This document shows, piece after piece, positions 7,860 through 14,221 of a stretch of DNA of 21,045 bases; position 1 is the first letter of the stretch, and each line of letters starts with the position of its first letter. The notes beneath the pieces were generated by a model. It searched no databases, was not told where the DNA came from, and saw only the letters and a list, made by a program, of their open reading frames with translations. Source of the DNA: an uncultured bacterium (GTDB taxonomy: Bacteria; Calditrichota; Calditrichia; RBG-13-44-9; J075); contig CAXHHS010000015.1 in the NCBI GenBank assembly GCA_964015645.1, forward strand, positions 1 to 21,045. Reading direction: 5' to 3'. The translations under genes and the position numbers were made by a program.

Positions 7860-8963
7860 ATGAAGAAAGCAACTTTTCCACAACGCATCGGCTTCTATAC
7901 AGAAGTCAAGAAACGCGTGAATTACTATTTTGAGGCAAACGGTATTTCCAAAAACGCCGACTGGCGTATGGTCTTAAAAACCACAGTTATTTTAGTGTGG
8001 CTGGCGACCGCTTACGCTTTGCTTTTATTTTCTGCATCCTCTTTGATATTGGCTACTATCTCCGCGATTGCAGTAGCGCAGGGGTTCGTGCTGGTGGGGT
8101 TCAACATTATGCACGATGGCGCTCACGGCAGTTATTCAAAAAACAAACGCTTGAATTGGATCATGGGGTTTACCCTCGATCTCATTGGCGGCAGCAACAT
8201 GTTTTGGCGGCACAAACACAATATCCTGCACCACACCTATACCAACATTAACGAACTTGATAATGATATTCAGGTTTTCGGTATCCTGCGGTTTAGCCCC
8301 GAACAAGCGCGGCGGCCCTGGCACCGGTTTCAGCACTGGTTTGCCTTCCCGCTATACGGCTTGATGACCTTGCTGTGGGTCACGACCGGTGATTTTATAA
8401 AGTTTTTCACACGCCGGATTGGCGATTACAATTTGCCGAAACCTCCTGTCGCCGAATCATTCCTTTTTTTTCTCACCAAGATTTTCTATTTCGGTTATAT
8501 GCTGGTGCTGCCGATGTTTTTTCTTCCGGCACTGCATGTTCTGGCCTTTTTCCTGCTCGTGCATGTGGTCCTCGGTTTTACGATGGCCACCGTTTTTCAA
8601 TTGGCTCATATCGTGGAAGACAATGCTTTCCCGCACCCGGATCAGGATACCGGGGAAATCGATAACGAATGGGCCATTCATCAGGTGGAGACCACGGCAA
8701 ATTTTGCCCCGAAAAGCAGGCTGGCAGCATGGTATTGCGGCGGGTTGAACTTTCAGATTGAACATCACCTCTTTCCGAAAATTTGCCACATCCACTACCC
8801 TGCTATTAGCGAAATCGTCGAGCGTACCTGCCGGGAATTCCGGGTCGCTTATATTTCATACCCGACCCTGCGTCAGGCAGTCGCAGCACATTATCGCTTT
8901 CTGAGGAAGCTGGGTAGGAAAACTGGAGGCGGGATGATCGGGGCGTCGCAGGCTGTTGGATAA
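7860..8963 (+). CDS. Membrane fatty-acid desaturase (di-iron, three histidine boxes)
   Basis: His boxes HDGAHGS, WRHKHNILHH and QIEHHLFP (third box QxxHH). Several predicted TM helices. No cytochrome b5 domain. RBS AAGGAAGGA. Confidence 0.85.
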   Translation: MKKATFPQRIGFYTEVKKRVNYYFEANGISKNADWRMVLKTTVILVWLATAYALLLFSASSLILATISAIAVAQGFVLVGFNIMHDGAHGSYSKNKRLNWIMGFTLDLIGGSNMFWRHKHNILHHTYTNINELDNDIQVFGILRFSPEQARRPWHRFQHWFAFPLYGLMTLLWVTTGDFIKFFTRRIGDYNLPKPPVAESFLFFLTKIFYFGYMLVLPMFFLPALHVLAFFLLVHVVLGFTMATVFQLAHIVEDNAFPHPDQDTGEIDNEWAIHQVETTANFAPKSRLAAWYCGGLNFQIEHHLFPKICHIHYPAISEIVERTCREFRVAYISYPTLRQAVAAHYRFLRKLGRKTGGGMIGASQAVG

Positions 8964-9029
8964 CCAAATACATTGAGCTTTAATTCAGTCTACTTCGGGA
9001 AAACTCCGGAAGTTAAAAGGAGGCAGTCA

Positions 9030-9389
9030 ATGAAAGCGTTTATTGAATATTTAGTTAAACACCTGGTCGATAAACCTGACGAAGTTCAGGTTAACGAAAT
9101 CACCAGTGAACGAACTGTCGTCTTCGAATTACGCGTGGGCGACGGGGACATGGGAAAAGTGATTGGACGAAAGGGACAAACTGCCAATTCTCTCCGAACC
9201 CTTCTGGCAGTTGTCGCGGCAAAACAAGGTAAGCGGTCTTTTTTGGAGATATTGGAGCAGAATGAGACAGTACAAAAAACCCACCGATATAAACATCCGG
9301 TGAGGGAAATAACGGCCCGGAAACCTGTTTCCGAACTTCAAGCAAGCAATGAAAGACGTTGGCAGGATGATGGCGGAAATAATCTGTAA
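9030..9389 (+). CDS. KH-domain RNA-binding protein (UPF0109 / YlqC-like), paralog 2, with a ~42-aa C-terminal extension
   Basis: MKAFIEYLVKHLVDKPDEVQVNEI...VIGRKGQTANSLRTLL...FLEILE is collinear with paralog 1 (2815-3051). Strong RBS AAAGGAGG before the ATG at 9030. The ORF track's 8973 start lacks an RBS. Confidence 0.75.
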   Translation: MKAFIEYLVKHLVDKPDEVQVNEITSERTVVFELRVGDGDMGKVIGRKGQTANSLRTLLAVVAAKQGKRSFLEILEQNETVQKTHRYKHPVREITARKPVSELQASNERRWQDDGGNNL

Positions 9390-9475
9390 AAATTTTTTTT
9401 AAGCAAGACAACTGGCGCGATGTTCGAAGGAGTTTTCGCAAAGACAGTTGAGGAATTGAAAAAAGGAGATAAGCA

Positions 9476-9613
9476 ATGATTCGACAAAATATACCCCTCG
9501 GCAGGATCATGGGAATTCCCATTGGTCTGGATTGTTCCTGGTTTCTGATCTTTAGGACTGCTCTCCAACAGATGGACCGTCACGCGGAATGGCCCACGTC
9601 ATTGGCATGTTGA
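9476..9613 (+). pseudogene. N-terminal remnant of an M50 (site-2 protease family) metalloprotease
   Basis: MIRQNIPLGRIMGIPIGLDCSWFLIF matches the conserved N-terminus and first TM helix of M50 peptidases. The frame then drifts (RTALQQMDRHAEWPTSLAC*) and stops. No HEXXH-bearing continuation exists downstream. RBS GGAG present. Confidence 0.45.
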
Positions 9614-9703
9614 GCCGGGAAGATGACATCATCTTCCTGCGAACACTGCATGAACTGGGAGCCCAATCGGCAACGCAGCGGAAAATAAGAAAGGAAAAAA
9701 TCA

Positions 9704-10135
9704 ATGAAAAAAGAAACAGGTTTATGGATTGACCACAGGAAAGCTGTTATCGTGGTTGTTACGGATCAAGGAGAAAAAACAAAACTGATAATATCAAAAG
9801 CTGAAAAACAACTCCGCCGCACCGGCGATTCACCTCTTAAGGGTTCCTATGAATCACAGCAAGTACCGGCAAGTGATAGCCGTCAGAAAAAATTTACGGG
9901 ACATCTCAACCTTTACTACGATGCAGTCATTGCCTGTATTCGTGATGCAGAATCTATTCTGATATTTGGCCCTGGAGAGGCTAAGGGCGAACTGAAGAAA
10001 CGTCTTGAAAGAGACAACCTCGGTGGGCGTATCGTTGGTATTGAAACAGTTGACAAGATGACGGATCCTCAGATTGCGGCAAAAGTTCGACAGCGCTTTC
10101 TAAAAGAGAATAATCGTGTGAACGCAGCAGCATAA
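9704..10135 (+). CDS. Hypothetical protein (143 aa)
   Basis: Clean ORF with an A-rich RBS region. No motif I can assign with confidence. A GPGEAKGEL segment is faintly reminiscent of eRF1/Pelota-type folds, but that is speculative. Confidence 0.45.
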   Translation: MKKETGLWIDHRKAVIVVVTDQGEKTKLIISKAEKQLRRTGDSPLKGSYESQQVPASDSRQKKFTGHLNLYYDAVIACIRDAESILIFGPGEAKGELKKRLERDNLGGRIVGIETVDKMTDPQIAAKVRQRFLKENNRVNAAA

Positions 10136-10157
10136 ATAGATAAAAGGAGAAACAAAC

Positions 10158-10638
10158 ATGAAAGGAATTGACAAGTTACTCACAGTGCTCAATCAGCTCC
10201 TGGACGATAAACTCACTGCTATCAACCAGTATATAGCACACTCTGGGATGTGCAACAGTTGGGGGTACACCAACACTACATCAGGCGATCGAGAAGCATG
10301 CGAGGGACGAGACGCATTACGCCCAGCGGCTTATCCGGCGCATCATTTTCCTGGAAGGCATGCCGGTCGTCTCGAGACTTAACCATACAAAGATCGGCCA
10401 ATCGGTGCCAGAAATTGTGAGCAGCGACCAGAGCTCTGAAATTGCGGCGGTACGCGCCTACAACTGCGCTATCGGTCTGGCGCACGAAGTTGCTGACCAG
10501 ACCACGGTAAACCTGTTGACCGAGATTCTCAAAATGGAAGAGGGGCACGCCGATTGGGCAAAAATACAGCGTACACAGATCGAACAGATGGGTCTGGAGA
10601 ATTACTTGACCAGCCAGACTGAAAGTGCAGCAGGTTAA
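10158..10638 (+). pseudogene. bfr: Bacterioferritin, disrupted by a frameshift and a short deletion near codon 37
   Basis: The frame starting at 10158 gives MKGIDKLLTVLNQLLDDKLTAINQYIAHSGMCNSWGY, a bacterioferritin N-terminus. The +1 frame from about 10270 gives LHQAIEKHARDETHYAQRLIRRIIFLEG...EILKMEEGHADWAKIQ...MGLENYL, the middle and C-terminus of bacterioferritin including the EEGH ferroxidase ligands. The two parts lie in different frames, and the junction appears about 5 residues short. Confidence 0.7.
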
Positions 10639-10749
10639 CCCGCTCTTGGCCTCGATTCCCATAATGCCGATAAGCAAATCAAGTTGTGATCATTTTATCA
10701 ACCAGGAGAACGTCGTGGTTGTAGTTGATATAAAGGGAGAATTTCGCTG

Positions 10750-11931
10750 ATGCACATGGATCCGGTCATGGTGATGCTCACCTCCGCTGTATTGGCCATT
10801 CTAATTGTTGGGTTTCTTATACACCGGTTAAAACAGCCATATATTGTTGCTTATATGATTGTTGGTGTCATTATTGGGCCTCATGGCCTTGCTCTCATCA
10901 GTGATCAATTAGATTTGCATCAAATAGGATCTATTGGTGTTTTGCTGCTATTGTTTTTTATCGGAATGGAAATGTCATTGCCCCGCCTCGTTGCCAATTG
11001 GCGTGTGGCAGTTATCGGAACACTATTACAGATATTAATCAGTGTGGGCATTCTTTGCGGATTGGGATATTGGCTTGATTGGCCCCTGGCGCAAAGCGTG
11101 CTCCTGGGATTTGTGATCAGCTTAAGTAGTACTGCCGTGATTATTAAAATTCTTCAGGAATGGAAGGAAATAGATACCGATGTGGGCAGGGATGTTATCG
11201 GGATTTTATTAATTCAAGACCTCGCTATCGTTCCGATGATGATTTCAATTAATTTTCTCGGTGGGGCTGCTCTCAATATTGCGGGCCTTATTCTACAGAT
11301 TATTGGGGGGCTTGGCATTATTGCATTGCTCGTCTGGGTCATTATTAAAGGAGAGTTCAAAATGCCTTTCGGGCAGTTGCTTCGGAAAGATAACGAACTT
11401 CAGGTATTTTCCGCTTTCATGCTCTGTTTTGGTTTGGCATTCATTACCGGGATATTTAATCTATCAGCAGCGTTAGGGGCATTTGTGGCTGGTATTTTGA
11501 TTTCCGTTGCAAAAGAAACTCACTGGGTGTATGAACGTTTGGAACCTTTTCATGTGGTTTTTGTGGCGTTCTTTTTTGTCAGCATCGGAATGCTAGTTGA
11601 TTTGAATTTCCTACAGGATAATTTGATGCTTGCTTTAAGTTTGGTTGTCATTTCTGTGTTGATCAATACTGCTGTTAATGCAGTTATCATGCGTTTTTTA
11701 GGGGAGAATTGGCGAGATAGTTTATACGGGGGTGCCTTACTTTCCCAGATTGGTGAATTTAGTTTTGTGTTGGCCGGGGTTGGAATTTCCGCGGCAATTA
11801 TTACGGAATTTAGCTATCAAATGACGATTGTCGTTATTTCACTAACACTCTTGCTAAGCCCGCTGTGGATATTATTTATTAAGCGCGTTACCCTAAAGAA
11901 AACAAATCAGGAAGTTTGGATAAATACATAA
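10750..11931 (+). CDS. Monovalent cation:proton antiporter, CPA2 family (Kef/NapA-like membrane domain, no KTN/TrkA domain)
   Basis: 393 aa, about 12 TM helices. The N-terminus LKQPYIVAYMIVGVIIGPHGLALI is typical of the Na_H_Exchanger (CPA2) fold. RBS AAGGGAG. Confidence 0.8.
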   Translation: MHMDPVMVMLTSAVLAILIVGFLIHRLKQPYIVAYMIVGVIIGPHGLALISDQLDLHQIGSIGVLLLLFFIGMEMSLPRLVANWRVAVIGTLLQILISVGILCGLGYWLDWPLAQSVLLGFVISLSSTAVIIKILQEWKEIDTDVGRDVIGILLIQDLAIVPMMISINFLGGAALNIAGLILQIIGGLGIIALLVWVIIKGEFKMPFGQLLRKDNELQVFSAFMLCFGLAFITGIFNLSAALGAFVAGILISVAKETHWVYERLEPFHVVFVAFFFVSIGMLVDLNFLQDNLMLALSLVVISVLINTAVNAVIMRFLGENWRDSLYGGALLSQIGEFSFVLAGVGISAAIITEFSYQMTIVVISLTLLLSPLWILFIKRVTLKKTNQEVWINT

Positions 11932-11955
11932 CATAAAATAAAACAGGATTTCATC

Positions 11956-12846
11956 ATGATCTTCATATTAGCAGTACTCATTAGCATAGCGGCCTTTTTT
12001 GTGTGGCGAAGCGCCGCGGGGAAGGTAAAACAAAACAACGCTGCATTCCAGCCCGTTGGCGTCGGAAGTCTTCTCGCCATGGGCGCGTTCGGAATTCTTG
12101 CGCTGATCCAGTGTTTCACTCAAGTTCCCGCGGGACACGTTGGCGTGGTAGATTTTTTCGGCATCGTGTCTGAGAGGACGCTTCCATCCGGAATCAATTT
12201 GGTGAATCCGCTGGCGCGGGTCATCAAATTCTCCATCCAGACCAAAGAACATAAGGAAACAATGGAAGTGCTCTCACGTGAAGGACTCACCATCGGATTG
12301 GAGATAAGCGCGCTCTACCGGCTCAATCCGGACTCTGCAGCTCGCGTTTACAAAACCGTGGCCGGCGGCGATTACGAAACGATTATTCTCATCCCGCAAT
12401 TCCGCTCTATCAGCCGCGCAGTCACGGCAAGTTTCCAGGCCAGTGCGCTTTATTCAACCGAACGCGACCAGCTTGGCATGGCAATTCAGGAAGAGCTTGC
12501 CAGAATCGTTGCCCCACGCGGCGTAACGATTGAAACGACGCCGCTGCGCAATGTCGCGCTGCCGGTTCAGCTTACCGAAGCGATTGAACAAAAACAGAAA
12601 GCGGATCAGGAAAGCCAGCGGATGGAATTCATCCTGACGAAAGAAAAACAGGAAGCGGACCGGAAACGGATTGAAGCAAAAGGTATCGCTGATTTCCAGA
12701 CGATTGTAGCCGCCGGCATCAGCGAACAATTACTCCGCTGGAAAGGAATCGAAGCCACCGAGAAACTTGCCAGCTCAACAAACACCAAAGTGATCATCGT
12801 CGGCGCGGGAAAAGACGGGCTGCCGATCATTATGGATACGAAATAG
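11956..12846 (+). CDS. SPFH / band-7 (prohibitin/HflC-like) membrane protein
   Basis: N-terminal TM helix, then VPAGHVGVVDFFG...TLPSGINLVNPLARV, a typical SPFH domain. Coiled-coil-rich C-terminus (EAIEQKQKADQESQRMEF...). Confidence 0.85.
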   Translation: MIFILAVLISIAAFFVWRSAAGKVKQNNAAFQPVGVGSLLAMGAFGILALIQCFTQVPAGHVGVVDFFGIVSERTLPSGINLVNPLARVIKFSIQTKEHKETMEVLSREGLTIGLEISALYRLNPDSAARVYKTVAGGDYETIILIPQFRSISRAVTASFQASALYSTERDQLGMAIQEELARIVAPRGVTIETTPLRNVALPVQLTEAIEQKQKADQESQRMEFILTKEKQEADRKRIEAKGIADFQTIVAAGISEQLLRWKGIEATEKLASSTNTKVIIVGAGKDGLPIIMDTK

Positions 12847-12949
12847 GCAGTCAACTCGGCTTGAAAGGAGTTTGGAGCACAACATCTTTTATTAGTATCA
12901 AACTTTAAGTCTCGTGATTTTAACAACTTCCCTCATCATCCCACCGATA

Positions 12950-12987
12950 GGTGCTGAAGTATTTGTTTTACTTCAGCACCGTTATTT
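12950..12987 (+). terminator. Hairpin downstream of the SPFH gene (candidate intrinsic terminator)
   Basis: GGTGCTGAAGT-atttgtttt-ACTTCAGCACC: perfect 11-bp stem followed by gttattt. Confidence 0.5.
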
Positions 12988-13126
12988 AAGTGTGTATCGC
13001 TACCTCATTGAAACCGATTCGGACCTGACAGCACAGAAAGTATAATCTTGGAACATACTTTTCGAGGGATTGGGCAAAAAACCCCATAATGGATACTAAA
13101 TAATCAATCAATTAAAGAGGTAACTC

Positions 13127-14221
13127 ATGAAAGCAAAAGCATTCGTATATAGTGAAAATGAATTTGGAAAGATAGATGGTAAGGTTGCAAACGGGCTTGC
13201 CAGGCACTCCGAAAAGTATGATGTCCTTGGTATTATTGATAGCTCAAAGAAAGGTCTTGACGCAGGAGAATATCTTGATGGAATAAAAAATGGAATCCCG
13301 GTATTCGAAAGTATTGATGATGCCATCGAGAACCTGGGTTTTGTTCCGGAATATTTCATTTACGGCATTGCGCCACTCGCTTCATTTCTTGACAAGAAAC
13401 AGAGAGAGATAATCTTCCATGCTATGAAAAAGGGGATGAATATTGTAAACGGGCTACCGGAATTTTTCACCGAGGATAAAGAATTTATGAAAAAGGCGCG
13501 TGAGTATGGCGTCCAAATCTATGATATAAGAAAAGCTCCCCAGAGAAAGGACCTGCATAATTTCTCAGGACGTATCCTTGAAGTCAAAACTCCGGTAATC
13601 ACTGTACTTGGTACAGATTGCGCTGTTGGCAAACGAACAACCGCGGTAAATCTCGTTGACGCCTTGAAACTGGAGGGACTGAACACAGCATTTATAGCAA
13701 CGGGGCAAACTGGAATTCTCCAGGGTTCAAAATATGGTATCGCAGTAGATGTTTTAACTTCTGGTTTTGCAACCGGGGAGGTTGAAAATGCAATTCTACA
13801 AGCCTATGAAAGGGAGCACCCGGACATTATCATCGTCGAAGGACAGGGTGCCCTGAGCCATCCTGCGTTTACCTCCTCAAGTGCAATAATAAGAGGAGCA
13901 ATGCCCAATGCAATTATCCTCCAGCACCCGCCAAATAGAAAAAACCATTGCGATTATCCCAATATACCCATGCCCACACTTGAAAGTGAAATAGAACTAA
14001 TAGAGGTATTCTCTAAATCGAGGGTAATTGCCATCACACTCAACCACGAAGATATGACCGATGATGAACTTGAAGACACAATTGTGGCGTATGAATACAA
14101 ATATGAACTACCGACTACAGACGTCTTAAAAAAAGGATGTGATAAACTAGTTAAAGAGTTATTCACGGTATTTCCGAAACTGCAAAAAACAGTTGCCTTG
14201 CGATGCCAACCCCAAGAATAG
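13127..14221 (+). CDS. DUF1611-family P-loop protein (Rossmann-like N-domain plus Walker-A NTPase-like C-domain)
   Basis: 364 aa. Walker-A-like VLGTDCAVGKRTTAVNL followed by ATGQTG. Overall layout matches DUF1611_N + DUF1611. RBS AAAGAGG. AT-rich coding sequence. Its stop overlaps the next gene's start by 19 nt. Confidence 0.65.
   Translation: MKAKAFVYSENEFGKIDGKVANGLARHSEKYDVLGIIDSSKKGLDAGEYLDGIKNGIPVFESIDDAIENLGFVPEYFIYGIAPLASFLDKKQREIIFHAMKKGMNIVNGLPEFFTEDKEFMKKAREYGVQIYDIRKAPQRKDLHNFSGRILEVKTPVITVLGTDCAVGKRTTAVNLVDALKLEGLNTAFIATGQTGILQGSKYGIAVDVLTSGFATGEVENAILQAYEREHPDIIIVEGQGALSHPAFTSSSAIIRGAMPNAIILQHPPNRKNHCDYPNIPMPTLESEIELIEVFSKSRVIAITLNHEDMTDDELEDTIVAYEYKYELPTTDVLKKGCDKLVKELFTVFPKLQKTVALRCQPQE

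Noticed and set aside
8457-8795. Minus-strand ORFs in the track that lie entirely inside plus-strand genes: 8457-8795, 8136-8336, 14163-14705, 13954-14247, 12606-12926, 12454-12729, 11968-12252, 5492-5758, 5813-6019, 5904-6098, 4806-5180, 4413-4619, 2964-3254, 949-1182, 17596-17877, 18109-18336, 18326-18667.
   Set aside because: Each is antisense to a well-supported gene with recognisable motifs. They lack an RBS, have odd composition (Cys/Trp/Arg-rich or low-complexity), and are best explained as shadow ORFs.
8973-9029. Upstream extension (19 codons) of the second KH-domain gene as drawn in the ORF track
   Set aside because: No RBS at 8973. A strong AAAGGAGG RBS precedes the ATG at 9030, and the paralog at 2815 begins at the equivalent residue.
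9619-9638. Palindrome GGAAGATGA-ca-TCATCTTCC as an RNA hairpin or terminator
   Set aside because: A 2-nt loop is too tight for a stable RNA hairpin and no T-tract follows. Kept only as a possible DNA-level binding site or scar, mentioned under the M50 remnant.
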